The position numbers and the translations under genes were made by a program. Positions 30,495-42,590 of a stretch of DNA of 64,000 nucleotides are shown one piece after another (positions within the stretch are counted from its first letter, which is position 1; each line of letters begins with the position of its first letter). The notes beneath the pieces were generated by a model. That model ran no database searches and was not told the DNA's origin. It saw only the letters and a list, made by a program, of their open reading frames with translations. The stretch lies in assembly GCA_023334545.1 (NCBI GenBank), contig JAADVB010000016.1:1-64000 (forward strand), read 5' to 3'. The stretch is from Salisapilia sapeloensis CBS 127946 (taxonomy: Eukaryota; Protista; Oomycota).

Positions 30495-31528
30495 ATGAGC
30501 CAGCACTCGACCTCGACGACGTACATGTACGTTATAAAGTGTTCATCACGGTCATCCAAGAAACTTACACTGTGGCTTGCCATTCTGATTATAGGCCTGC
30601 ATCGACTGCAGTCGGTGGATTTCAAAATCTCACCCAGCACTCCGTCGAAGACCGCCAATGCGCTGTGCAGAGGTAAGCGTGCTTGCAATCTTGCACAGTC
30701 ATGCCTACCCTCATAATTGTTAAACACCATAGACCAAAGCTAAGTGTCCTGCAGTCCATGGGCGTTGGGGCAACTGCCGGAGTCATCGGTATCTCCGCTG
30801 TGTACCCGATCGATGTCGTCAAGACGAGGATGCAAGGAGGAGCTTCGACGTCGATGGTGCAGATCGTCCGCCACATCGTCAAACACGAAAGTCTCGGAGC
30901 TTTCTACAAAGGTCTTGGACCGCAGATCGGTGGTGCCATTCCCGACAAGGCCATTTCGCTTGCGGCACGTGATTACCTGAAAACATTTTTCTCCGATCCT
31001 ACCTCCTTCCAAGCCTCCGTCTGTGCTGCTGCAGGTGCAGGCATGGTCCAATCAGTTGTTATGAATCCCGTCGAGGTTGTCAAAGTACGTATGCAGCTCG
31101 ACAGTTCGCTTAATTTGAGTGGCGTCTTGAAAGAGCTGGGAGCTAAAGGTCTTTACCGAGGCTACAGTGCCTGCCTCGTACGTGACGTTGCCTTCGCGTC
31201 ACTCAACTTTACGCTGTACGACGTTGCCAAGAAGGAGCTAAACGTCCAGGAAGGCGCGTCGTTGGGTCTTTCGATGGCTGCTGGATCTGTTGCCGGAATG
31301 TCTGCTGCTCTGATCTCAACGCCATTGGATATGGTCAAAACGCGGATGCAAGCAAAAGGAGCTGCTGATCTCGGATACATTCGAACGTTCGAAACTATCT
31401 ATCAGCAAGGCGGTGTCAAAGCCCTCTTCTCCGGATGGGCTCCTCGAGCTGGCCGGATTGCTCCACAGCTCGGCATTGTCCTCATGTGCTACGACTGGCT
31501 CAGCCATCAGATCACTAGTACCTCATAA
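30495..31528 (+). CDS. Mitochondrial carrier (SLC25), resembling the aspartate/glutamate or glutamate carrier type; 3 exons
   Basis: Three Px[DE]xxK repeats (PIDVVKTRMQ, PVEVVKVRMQ, PLDMVKTRMQ) and YKGLGPQIGGAIPDKAI. Introns 30521-30594 and 30673-30732 link ATG 30495 in frame. Confidence 0.9.
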
Positions 31529-33750
31529 ACAGCCTGTCATTTCCTATTGCGCAACTACCTTGCCCTGGTTCCGTTTAACAAATTTAATTCAGACACCTTT
31601 ATATTCTATCCCAATTTCTTGCCTGCTCGTTCTTGTATCTATGGTAAATAGAGGTTGCTAGTACTTGTCGTAAGCTAGCTTGCGGTGCAGCGAGATGACG
31701 CTGGAGTATTTTTGCATCGCGCAATGACCTTTTCGACGGGTATTGCCCATGTTATGCAACTTCCCTGATCCTCGCCAACCCTTTGTAGAAGCCTACGCGT
31801 CGATGTCATTGCCCGCCCATCTCCTAGCCGTGCTGTCATGCCGAAAAGCCGTGGCTGAATTTTTCGTTTGCGCAATTTCAAGTGACTGGTAATCGTGAAA
31901 CGGACGCAAGATCTGCGATAGTTTTCTCGATGGCGACTATCCGAGTATCCCATTCTTCCAGTACCTTGGCGAACAAATACATTGATACGAATCGTATCTG
32001 TAAAGCCGAATGCATGAAGGACTGGATGAATGGGAAAACTGGATTATCAGATCGAATTACTGTACGCTGGCTAGATTGCAGTACCGCACACGTTTCATCT
32101 TGGTCACAAATAACTCTAGTGTGCAAGCAGAATGGAATAACTGATCTAGGTCATCCGTACCGAGAGAACAATTCACGGCATCACCGCCTACTTTACTCGT
32201 AACTGGTAGGGCGATTGTGAGTGGTGCATTCAAGCTGGGTGAACCGGACGATTGCTACCGCTTGCCTTTCAAAGATTGGACATCTCACCCGGCACCCACT
32301 CGTTTCCACAGCCAGGTTCTAGTTGCTCTACGGCTTGAAGCTGCTGCTTCAATGCATACCCACTTTCTATCCGTTTGAAGCTCTATAGTGTCATTTGCGC
32401 TTTTCATGACATGGGGATTGAAGTACCCTTCATTTATCGGATTCAATCATGTGCTTGCCCTTTTAACCATCGCTTGTTACCTTCCCTTGCTCATAGCCGT
32501 TCGATTAATCATGTCTCCATTTTTGTCGGGTAAGTCTACACACCTTCAAGTGCGCACGAATGCGAAGCGTTTGAACTTATGCACCTCATGTTCCCACTTT
32601 TGGCTTACGAGGGCTTCCACCCATTTTTTTCATAAAACTCAAGCCAGTCGCACATTAAAGAGCAAGACTTTTGACCAAGCGACCAGTCATTTGGTTTAGC
32701 TACATGTTAGGCTTTAATCACCAGCTGAGTGCGTCTATGATTTCATAGCGTCGGACGACGCAATATGATCGACAAGTAAACCTTGGTGCTTGAGGGCAGA
32801 GTTAAAACAAAATGATGAAAAGTCAGAGGATATGATAGACTTGCAACAGTGGAAGAGCGGGAATTTGCCATGCCTCTTGTGGTGGATATAAAAGGTAGAT
32901 GTGCGTGACAAGTATAGTTGGATGAATAAACAAAAAGGTACTGATAGTGCATTTCTTAGTGCTACGTGAGGTTGGGCATCATGTTTCTCCTGGCGAGTCA
33001 GCAAGAGTACGCTTCTAACTTGTCACTAGACTCTATTCAAAGCGGTAATTCGGAGCAGCATGATGGTTGGACTAAACATAAGCGAACTCTTGCTGATGAT
33101 ATTGCGCTTCTAAAAAGTATGACGGCGCATTCAGTTTAGTCGTCGAGGATTCGAGTCTGCTATTTATAAAGACTCAGAGGGCACCCATATCAGCGGGCGT
33201 CAAGTAGTATTGAATAGCTTCTTTAGCTTCATACTTTCTCTCCGTGGAAAAGTTTCTTTTTAAAGCTATCACGTAGTATTTAAGTGCAAAGATAATATAT
33301 TTTTGGTGACTACGAATGCAAGCGAAAGCTTGGAGATTAAAGCTAACTGCATATTCTGACGGGTCTTTAACTGACGCAATTTTCTAGCCAAGGTTTCCGT
33401 TTTATCGCTCAATCTTAATCTTTTATATGTATAGCGCGATACTTATCTCTTCTTGTTGACTCGAGCAAGTCTTTGTTCAACCCCCTTTTAAAAATAGACT
33501 AGCCACTACCTCGTGTCAATGAGCATATTCCTAACGGAGCGTCACTTGAAGCACCGAATGAAGGATCCGTAAAGTCTTATTCAAGTTCCAGTGAAAACTT
33601 GGTTTGCCAAGTTACTACAATAGCTGATATGCTCATGAACCCCACAATTTCGCGAAGTGACTTGACTGAAGAAGTGTCCTATGCACCCAGATAGCCCCAT
33701 CTGCTTCTGCATTCCAACCTCCCTTTTCGACATCAAGACGATCGTTCACC

Positions 33751-34889
33751 ATGTCGAAAGAAGCTCCATCGCCACACTACATCAAACGCCGAGTGCGTGA
33801 TAATAAATATATCTTACTTGTACATAACAATATCTTAATCGACATGAACATAATGACCTTGTAGGACGAGATCGCGAGGCTCAAGGAGGAGGCTGACAAG
33901 CTTGAGATCGAGCTCAAGTTACGAAGTAAGCATTCCAGCTCACCAGGCTCTTTCCACGACGACATTTACGAAAAGCTAAGAGCGAATGATTCCATGCGAG
34001 ACATCATTCGATCCAATGAGCAGAGCATCATTCACCTTCAAACTACGGTGTCCGACTTTTCGGTAATTGGCATACCATAGTATGCATTTCGTTTCGCACG
34101 ATCAACCATCTTAACTGCTTCCGATAGCGACATGTAATTCGGCATAATTTGACTCCTAATTGTATCACGCTCGGAACGGATCATAAAGAGCGTCAACGTG
34201 TTCTTGACGCACTCCACTCCTCTATCATAGCGTCCGCTCGGAACGAAATTCGGTCTAGCTATCGGCATGTCGATTTTAGTCAAAGATTTCAGTACGAAGA
34301 GAAATTCACGGACCCAGAGACCGGGGATGCAATTATGTATCACCGTGTCGCTTTGCCTTTATCTTCTGTTGCGTCCGTGCGAGAAGCGTATGACATGGCT
34401 ATCTTTAATATGAAGCACTTGGAGATGAGCATTACCGGTCGAGTTGCCTCGCTTGCTTTGCGTGAGAACGACGATACGGAGAATCAAAATGCTTTCCTCA
34501 ATCGGATTGTCGTCTCCATGCCTGATGCCGACATAGAGGAAAATGAAGCATGTTTCTCTCAATTCATCTCGTCGGAAGATGGAGACGTTGGAATCATCGC
34601 GACAGAGTCTGTCGCTCAAGACTTTCTCCTTCCGTACAAACCTCATGAACGAAGTCGAAAGGATGTGAGGTCGATGATGGAAATCACATCATCCACACGA
34701 ATGCGTGACGGAAAGATGGAGAAGGTCATTCTTGTGAAACGCTCACTGCAAGAGAGACTGCATCGCCCACAGTTTGACATATCAGACGACGCATGGGACC
34801 AACTGAAAGAAAGCGTTGTCCATGTCTCTACGGTAGACTTGTGCCCATTCCATGTTCGACTTGCATATCCCAAACATCATCAATCGTAA
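33751..34889 (+). CDS. Oomycete expanded-family protein (bZIP-like N-terminal coiled coil plus a START/SRPBCC-like domain; M96-related family); 3 exons
   Basis: Introns 33793-33864 and 34063-34127 give HYIKRR|DEIARLKEEADKLEIEL..ITLGTDHKERQRVL..LLPYKPHERSRKD. Confidence 0.75.
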
Positions 34890-35050
34890 TCTCAATATGC
34901 ATTAACAAGAGTAGCTAAAACGGCAAGTAGCTCTGCCTGAGACCTCTCATAGTTCTTTCATCCTCTACATCTACTTTTTGAACAAACTGAAAACGAACTA
35001 AAAGCAAGAAACAGTCTGGTGGTATTCTTCCTCTAGGTATAAGAAACTAC

Positions 35051-38000
35051 TTACGCCTTCGACAGCCATTCCATACCTTCCGTCTTGTTCGCTTGAACAA
35101 ACTCCTTGGCATTCAAGAAATAGTGTTCCTTGTGCTTGAGCGTCGACACTTGGCCGGCCACCACCACTTCCAATTGGTTCTGTGCCTGCACTGCCGCGTA
35201 GTCCATCGAGCTAATGAACGCACGAACGTGGTCTGGCTTGACACCTCCCGCAGCCTTCAGCTTGTCATCAGCAGCAAAGAAGACCGCCGGTCGAGCCACG
35301 ACGAGCGTCACCTTGGATCCACTGAACGCCGCCGTCTCCTCGACAATATCCACCGCCTCTTGCGGCTTCAACGTCGACGGAGCCGGAGTCGTACCGAGCG
35401 CCTGCGTCACCATGTCCGAGCAGCCTTGGATAGCCTTAGTAATCGGCTTGTCGCCGTCTTCTTCATCAAAGTAGACCTGGACCATGTCTCCAACGACTAG
35501 ACCAGCCTTCTTCCGGAGCTTCTGGACTCGGGTAATGACTTCTCGAGCACATCCCTTCATCTTTAGCTCTTCATCTTCACGCGTGTCGATGATGACCATG
35601 AGATTATCTTCCGCCGACACATCTGCTTCATACACCTTTTTATCTCCCTTGAACTCTCTTTTGACGATCAGATCGTCTCCCGACAGTTCATGTCCATCAA
35701 TCTCAACCTTGCCATTCGTCAAGTAGTCACTCACAGCTTCATGCGACAACGCTGCCACTTGTTTCTTGACACTACTGAGTGCCTTCCCAAGTCGACGTCC
35801 GAGGTTACGGCTATTCGCTTCTGCTTTCAACGTACACCAGAGCTTTTCGTCGTTACAGAACTCGAGCTCCGACATGTTCAGCTCATCGTACAAGTACGCG
35901 CTGAGCTTTTCCAGTCGCTCGAGCTTGTGCTTTTCAGAGGATACGACAATGACCTTCTTCACTGGGTTCTTCAGCGAGATCGTACGACGTTCTCTCGTGA
36001 CACGACCAAGTTCCACGACCGTCTGCAAGTTCTTCATCGCCGCCTCTGCTTCTTCATCAATGCGAGATGCATCGAAGTCCGGCAGCATGAGGAAGTGGAC
36101 ACTGTCAGCGACACCGTCGTCGTCTTCCTTGAGGCCTTCTTGCTTGTAGGAAGAGTGGAATTGACGAAGGAACTGGTACATGTACTCGGCAAAGAACGGC
36201 GTGAAGGGTGCCATGATCTTACACAAGTTGTACAGCACTTCATACAGAGACGAAAGCGCGACGTGAGCATCTGTGCCCTTAAGTCTCGGACGATTCAAGC
36301 GAACATACCACTTGGTCAACTGATCGATGAACGCCACAAGACGAGGCATGACCGTGTACAATCGGTAGTTCCTCATCTCTTCATGAACAAACTTGATCAG
36401 ATTATGCAACGCAGCAACGATCCAAGCGTCCATGACGTTCGTAGACGTCAACGCTTCTTCCTTGGATGGCACAAACGTCTCTCCTGTGACAGATTCCAAT
36501 CGCGACGCGTTCTGCGCGAAGAAACGAGCAGAGTTGTACCACGGGAGGAAGAGGTCACGGATGACGCCCATGACACCAGCATCTGAGAAACGCAGAGGCT
36601 CGGCTCGGACCACTGGCGAGTTGATCAAGTACAGTCTCAACGCATCTGCTCCGTACTTTTCCAGAATTTCCTTCGGGTCGGTGTAGTTCTTCAGACTCTT
36701 ACTCATCTTCCGACCGTCTTCCGCGAGCACTAGACCGTTGCAAATAAGGTTCTTAAACGCAGGCTCATCGAACAGAGCTGTACTGAGCACCATCAACGTG
36801 TAGAACCATCCACGCGTCTGGTCCAAACCTTCCGCGACGAAATCAGCAGGGAATCCACTCTCGAACTTGTCCTTGTTCTCGAACGGATAGTGCTGCTGCG
36901 CATACGGCATGCTTCCACTCTCGAACCAACAGTCAAAGACTTCCGGGACACGACGCAGCTGTCCCTTTCCTTGCTTCGATGGGATCGTCAGGTGATCGAT
37001 AAACTCTCGGTGCAAGTCAGACACCTTTTCTCCCGTCAATTCTTCCAACTCTGACACAGAACCGATGCACACGACCTCTTCGTAGTCGTCACTCACCCAC
37101 AAGGGCAGTGGTGTACCCCAGAATCGACCTCGAGAGACGTTCCAGTCCTTCCCATCGACCAGCCAGTTGTGGAAGCGCTTCTCCTGCACGAACGACGGTA
37201 CCCAGTGCGTCTTCTTGTTGTTCGCAACGATCTTGTCGCGGATCTTTTCGACGTTCACGAACCATCCAGGGATCGCACGATAGATGAGCGGCGTGCCGGA
37301 GCGGTAGCAGAACGGATAGCTATGGACGATCGTGCCCTTGGACACGAGACGGTCGCGAGCCTTGAGGTCCTTGCACAAGACGTCATCGGCGTCCTTGACG
37401 TGCATGCCCTTCACGAGTGGCATGACGTCGGTAAAGTTACCATTATCGTCTAGCGCCTGTGGGAGTGTGAATTTATCCACGACGTTATGCGCGACACAGA
37501 CGCGGTAATCGTCTTCACCAAACGTCGGAGCTTGGTGGACGATACCAGTGCCGCCAGAGTCGGAGACGTAGTCATCCGACAGGACGCGGAAGGCATTCGG
37601 CCAGTCCTTGTACGTGTCAAAGATCGGCACGTACGTCTTTCCGACCAATTCCGAACCCTTAAATTTCTCTAGAACTTCGTACTCACCTCCCTTGTACCCC
37701 TTCTTCTCCATCTTCGGATAGAGCTGCACCAGTCTAGTTTCACCTAGGATGTAAACCTTTTCCGTCTTGACGTCCTTGATCTTGACGTAGTCAAACGCTT
37801 CATTCACACACAACGCCAAGTTACTCGGAAGCGTCCATGGCGTCGTCGTCCACGCAAGAAGAGCGACGTCCGGATCGTCCGTGAGAGGGAAGGAGACGAC
37901 GACGGAAGGGTCTGGCGTGTCGCGATAGTCCAAGTTCGCTTCAAAGTTCGACAAGGACGTCGTGCAGGCAGTCGAGTACGGCAGGATCTTGTAGCCACGG

Positions 38001-38527
38001 TAGACGAGGTCCTTGTCAAAGAGCTGGCGGAAGACGTTCCACACGCTTTCCATGTACCACGGCTCCATCGTCCGGTAGTCGTTCTCCGTGTCGATCCATC
38101 GGCCAATGCGCTTCACCGTTCGCTCCCACTCGGACGTGTATCGCTGGACGATCGATCGGCACTCGGCATTGTACTTGTCAATGCCCATCTCCAGCACCTG
38201 CTCCTTGGTCGTGACGCCCAACTTCTTATTGATCTCATTCTCGACAGGGAGACCGTGGCAGTCCCATCCGAAGCGACGTTCGACGTGGTGGCCGGTCTGG
38301 TGAGCGTACCGAGTCACCGTGTCTTTAATCGTACCGGCGAGAACGTGTCCGTGGTGAGGCAGACCCGTCGCGAAGGGAGGACCATCGTAGAAAGTGTAGA
38401 GCTTTCGACCTTGGGACAATTCCAATGACTTTTGGAATGCACGCGTAGATTCCCATCGCTCGAGTGTCTTGCTTTCTTCCTCTGGGAAGGAGATGCGCTC
38501 CGGCAAGGAGCGAGATGATGCAGCCAT
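35051..38527 (-). CDS. IARS1: Cytosolic isoleucyl-tRNA synthetase
   Basis: FYDGPPFATGLPHHGH (HIGH), WTTTPWTLPSN, GTGIVH, EGLDQTRGWF, KMSKS. The ORF-track start at 38560 is a GTG; the first ATG is at 38527. Confidence 0.97.
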   Translation of the reverse strand: MAASSRSLPERISFPEEESKTLERWESTRAFQKSLELSQGRKLYTFYDGPPFATGLPHHGHVLAGTIKDTVTRYAHQTGHHVERRFGWDCHGLPVENEINKKLGVTTKEQVLEMGIDKYNAECRSIVQRYTSEWERTVKRIGRWIDTENDYRTMEPWYMESVWNVFRQLFDKDLVYRGYKILPYSTACTTSLSNFEANLDYRDTPDPSVVVSFPLTDDPDVALLAWTTTPWTLPSNLALCVNEAFDYVKIKDVKTEKVYILGETRLVQLYPKMEKKGYKGGEYEVLEKFKGSELVGKTYVPIFDTYKDWPNAFRVLSDDYVSDSGGTGIVHQAPTFGEDDYRVCVAHNVVDKFTLPQALDDNGNFTDVMPLVKGMHVKDADDVLCKDLKARDRLVSKGTIVHSYPFCYRSGTPLIYRAIPGWFVNVEKIRDKIVANNKKTHWVPSFVQEKRFHNWLVDGKDWNVSRGRFWGTPLPLWVSDDYEEVVCIGSVSELEELTGEKVSDLHREFIDHLTIPSKQGKGQLRRVPEVFDCWFESGSMPYAQQHYPFENKDKFESGFPADFVAEGLDQTRGWFYTLMVLSTALFDEPAFKNLICNGLVLAEDGRKMSKSLKNYTDPKEILEKYGADALRLYLINSPVVRAEPLRFSDAGVMGVIRDLFLPWYNSARFFAQNASRLESVTGETFVPSKEEALTSTNVMDAWIVAALHNLIKFVHEEMRNYRLYTVMPRLVAFIDQLTKWYVRLNRPRLKGTDAHVALSSLYEVLYNLCKIMAPFTPFFAEYMYQFLRQFHSSYKQEGLKEDDDGVADSVHFLMLPDFDASRIDEEAEAAMKNLQTVVELGRVTRERRTISLKNPVKKVIVVSSEKHKLERLEKLSAYLYDELNMSELEFCNDEKLWCTLKAEANSRNLGRRLGKALSSVKKQVAALSHEAVSDYLTNGKVEIDGHELSGDDLIVKREFKGDKKVYEADVSAEDNLMVIIDTREDEELKMKGCAREVITRVQKLRKKAGLVVGDMVQVYFDEEDGDKPITKAIQGCSDMVTQALGTTPAPSTLKPQEAVDIVEETAAFSGSKVTLVVARPAVFFAADDKLKAAGGVKPDHVRAFISSMDYAAVQAQNQLEVVVAGQVSTLKHKEHYFLNAKEFVQANKTEGMEWLSKA

Positions 38528-38844
38528 ATTCCTCCAAGCTTCTAGATCAGAAATAGCCACAAGTGTCCGCCAGTGATTACAAGTGCAGTTCTATAAAATT
38601 ATCAACTTTCTTTAAGCGTTATCTTGTTTTTCGTATGCAAGATACTATAGTGAGTGCATTTATTGGAGACATAGGATCTGCATTGGGCATTGGATCGCGA
38701 AAATACTCGTGGAGTTGCTGTTGTAGCGACTCTCCCTGCCATCACAATGAATCATTATTAAGACAAGAATGCTATATGTGGACTAGAAAAGGTTTATATG
38801 GCCAAAATAGTAGATATGGAAAATCAAAATGGCTGAGATAAGCA

Positions 38845-39898
38845 TCAGCTAGAGCGGCCGTTCGGGAACATGGTATCGTACGCGTACGAGCTGCGAGGTA
38901 CACGCAATATTCTCAGTGGATCGCCTTCACCTTGCTCTGCCTGCTGACGTTCGCGGTTTCGCCGGTAGCCTCTTTCCATGAGCTCTTCCGTCGCTTGGAA
39001 TGAGGCGTTAGAATCGGTGAAGTTCGATGACTCGGCCATCGCATCTACATCTATGTCTACATCTCCGTCACCTTCTACCTCTACTTCATACTCCTCGATG
39101 GTTTCGTCCGACTCAGCGTCGCTATTTCTCTCTTGACCGCTCTCTAGCTCATCGACGAGCGACTCAGGCCAGAACATTTGTGCTCGACAGGACGGACAAC
39201 GGTCGTGTCCGTGCATCGTGTACTCTTTCCAGCATTGTACATGGAGCACATGACCACACGGCAATACATGCGCTTGTTCAATCGATGAAAACGTCACCTA
39301 AAAGGAGATATCAGTACTACCCACATAAATAATCCAAAAGATAAAAACATACTTCGAGGCAAATGGCACATTCGCGATGCATGGAGCCTTCGATGCACGT
39401 GTGATTGCCCTTAATTGATATCGGATAGCAACCACAACATTTTTCACAGTGGAAGAAATTATCCTGTCCACCCACTCTAGCATTTGCATACCATATTAGC
39501 CATCACATTGCATACTACTGAGTCGCTGAGAAGAGTACCTGCAGATGCCACACTGATCGCAATGAAAGTTCTGCTTTTCCACGCCTTTGTCATCGAACAA
39601 ATTGCAAATACCACAAAAGTATTCGCCCATGCAGCCTTTGCATTCGCTACAGCTCTTTGCCGGCTATCATACACAAGTAGATAAGTACCATTCCTTCGAA
39701 GCCATATCAGACAAAAGTGCATACAGGCTGCTCATGACCACACAAAGAGCACTTCATCTGCTTGACAGCATGTCGATCCATATTGTGGTCTGGATGCTTA
39801 TCGTCATGGCAAAGTCTGCAGGACACCCATTCGTTGCAACACTCTGCCAACACCTTGCAATGCCGCTGATAGTGCGCACAACCGTCGCTTTCACTCAT
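38845..39898 (-). CDS. RCHY1: CHY zinc finger + RING E3 ligase (Pirh2/RCHY1-like); multi-exon
   Basis: [49 protein letters not shown]|[19 protein letters not shown]. Confidence 0.9.
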
Positions 39899-40032
39899 TT
39901 TCCTAGATAAATTTTGTCGACGAGGGAGATAGATTCAAATTTCATTTCACATAAACTAGACCCTTTTTAAGATATCTGTTATTTTCCATTCATCGGACAT
40001 TTGATCCGCATACTTTCATACGATCGAAGAAG

Positions 40033-40874
40033 ATGAGCGTACGAGTGCACTCGAATGCAGACAGCCTCGGAGCTGATGTGGCTACCTTGATCAAGGACGC
40101 TTCAGCCAAAGCTATTGCTGACCATGGTCAGTTCACGGTCGCTTTCTCTGGTGGCTCTTTGCCCAAGGTAGTATCTTGCTCTTTCTCCATCCGAATGATA
40201 TGAATTGATTCGAAAAAGTAGATTGTTGGCGCTGGATTAGTACCGGTCAAGAACGACATTGACTTTTCCAAGTGGCATGTCTTCTTCTCCGACGAGCGCT
40301 GCGTCGAGCTAGAGCACGATGATAGCAATTACAAGGCATGCAAAGAAGCTCTTTTTGATCACGTACGTCACTCTTAGCATTCCTAATGGCATTCGTAAGC
40401 TAACATTCGCTGCAGGTGGGCATTCCATCCGAACAAATTTATACCATTGACGCTAAGCTAAACCCTTCGGACGCTGCGGCGGATTACTCGAAGAAACTTC
40501 GATCCGTTTGGGGTAGCGAATTGCCTCGTTTCGATATGATTCTTCTTGGTATGGGTCCCGATGGACACACCTGCTCTTTATTCCCAGACCATCCACTCCT
40601 GAACGAGGATCTCCTGTACGTTGCTTCCATCTCGGACTCGCCCAAGCCACCTCTGGAGCGTATTACGCTCACATACCCGGTCGTGAACAACGCTGCCAAC
40701 GTTGCTTTTGTTGCTACGGGTGGCAGTAAAGCTGATCTCATGCCGCATATGCTCGGAAAGGAGACTCGTGAGTCACCTCTACCGGCGGCGAGAGTCCACC
40801 CGAAGAAAGGAGATTTGTACTGGTTCTTGGACACGGAGGCAGCCGCGAAAATCTCGGACGACGCCAAGATGTAA
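40033..40874 (+). CDS. PGLS: 6-phosphogluconolactonase; 3 exons
   Basis: [52 protein letters not shown]. Confidence 0.95.
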
Positions 40875-40921
40875 GCTTTGGAATAAGAAAAAACATCTTT
40901 GGTTACCATGGAAACGTATGA

Positions 40922-42590
40922 TCACGGACTTGAATTTGTATTATTATTCTCCAATTCCATGTACATTTGTGCAATCTCCATCAACTCTTCTGCATCTTCC
41001 TCGTTCAGTTGCGCAGCGAGACTTTCCACTCCGTTGTAAATGGACAAGGTTCCGTTTTCACTCAACCAAGAGTTGCAGAGATTGATAGCAAACGAATTAT
41101 CCACTTTATCGCACAATCGCTTCAATCCCTCAGGCGTCGACACTTCGATTGATGCTTCATTCAAGTCGGCAATCACTTGGTCCATATCCACGTCAATTTC
41201 GTCTTCTACTTCATCATCGAAAGTGAATGCCTCTTTCCCGTTATTCTTCTTTGACAGACCCCGTAGTAACTTTGCATGGTTTTTATAGAGTGGTGTCCAC
41301 TTATCACGAGCTGTCGCACCCACGACTGCACCATGGTCCATATTTTTCAGCTTCTTCATAAGATTCCACTTGCCAGGCTTTATTTTTTTCTTGTCAAGAT
41401 CAACTCCGTTCCTTGTCGGTCCAAGCATCGACGGATAGTTCACAGCGCCATCATTTTCCTGCCAAGCTTTAGGAAAGCCTTGCTTCACCGTACGCCTACT
41501 ACCAAGGATTGTCGATGGGATCCAGTAGGACTTATCCATTTTCATCAGATTTGGTAACTGAATGCGCTGGGCTTTAAAATTAAGCAATGGAAAAGTGGCT
41601 GCGTTCGAGAAAGCAAAGTAGTACACGTTCGGCAGTGTCTTGATCCACTTGTTTTCTTCTTCTGCTCCTTCAGTAGATAGACTGTGAAGACAAAGGTCCT
41701 TACGTGCTTGACCTTTAAAAAGTTTGCTTCGAAAGACGCGCGAGACGTAGCTTATGAGACTTTCCTTTGGCCCTCGTGGGTTAATGCTCCATTGATCCAA
41801 CTTGGCATCGTATGAGATTTTACTGTCCTTACCAAAGGCACCAAGGGCAGATACGACTGCGGTAAATGTGGTTCTAACGGTACTATCGTAACCTGCGAGG
41901 ACATTAGCAATTAAACTACCCTGGTGTGGCGAACTGATGCTAGTGATTGAATGCACCCAATCGTGATTGCCAGTGAACAACTCACTTCTGCCTTCTTTAG
42001 TTTCCTTGATAGGAGCACCATCGGTGCCATGGGCCAAGAGGTGGGCAAGCATCCGAATCGTCTGACCACCTAGACATGATACATCATCAGAACTAGGATA
42101 ACCATGTAATCTGTTAAAAGCACTTACCCATGGAATGACCGACCAGATGCACCTTTTTGATGTTTCCATCTTTATCTTTCTTACCCCAGTCTGGATAGAG
42201 ACCTTTATACTTCTTACCCGTTCGCTTATGACCAAATTTCTTCGAGTGGGCTTCACCATAGTCGACGTGACCGCCTTTAATGTTTGCAAAGAGTTCGCAG
42301 GCTCGATCCCAGTTGCTAGCAAATGGACCAATACTCGCTATGTAGACTTCATGACCTTCCTTCTCAAGAATATCTTTCAAATCACCTTGAGCGCGACCCC
42401 AGTAAGGATACTAGCACGTGGGTGAGACGAATGAAATATAGTATAGATGGATAATACATTCTACCTTGTTCATTTCTTCAGGTCCCCATCCCATGAAACC
42501 ATGGACAAAGATGATCGGATAATCGTTTTTAGCTTTGTTCTTGGCCTCTGAGGCGACGACTAGAAGGAGTAGTAGAAGGAATCGAATCAT
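40922..42590 (-). CDS. Secreted lipase of the Staphylococcus/Geobacillus (family I.5/I.6) type with an acidic C-terminal extension; 3 exons
   Basis: Signal peptide; YPIIFVHGFMGWG, SNWDRACEL, VHLVGHSMG|GQTIR (catalytic Ser), SPHQGS, ENDGAVN (Asp), MDHGAVVG (His). Confidence 0.9.

Noticed and set aside
32388-33004. Hydrophobic 60-100-aa ORFs in the pocket after the mitochondrial carrier
   Set aside because: Non-ATG starts, no promoter motif, no recognisable domain; typical of AT-rich noise.
35690-36586. 298-aa plus-strand ORF antisense to IleRS (also 35093-35500 and others)
   Set aside because: It lies wholly within a conserved gene on the opposite strand, has no start context or motifs, and is an expected by-product of GC3-rich codon use.
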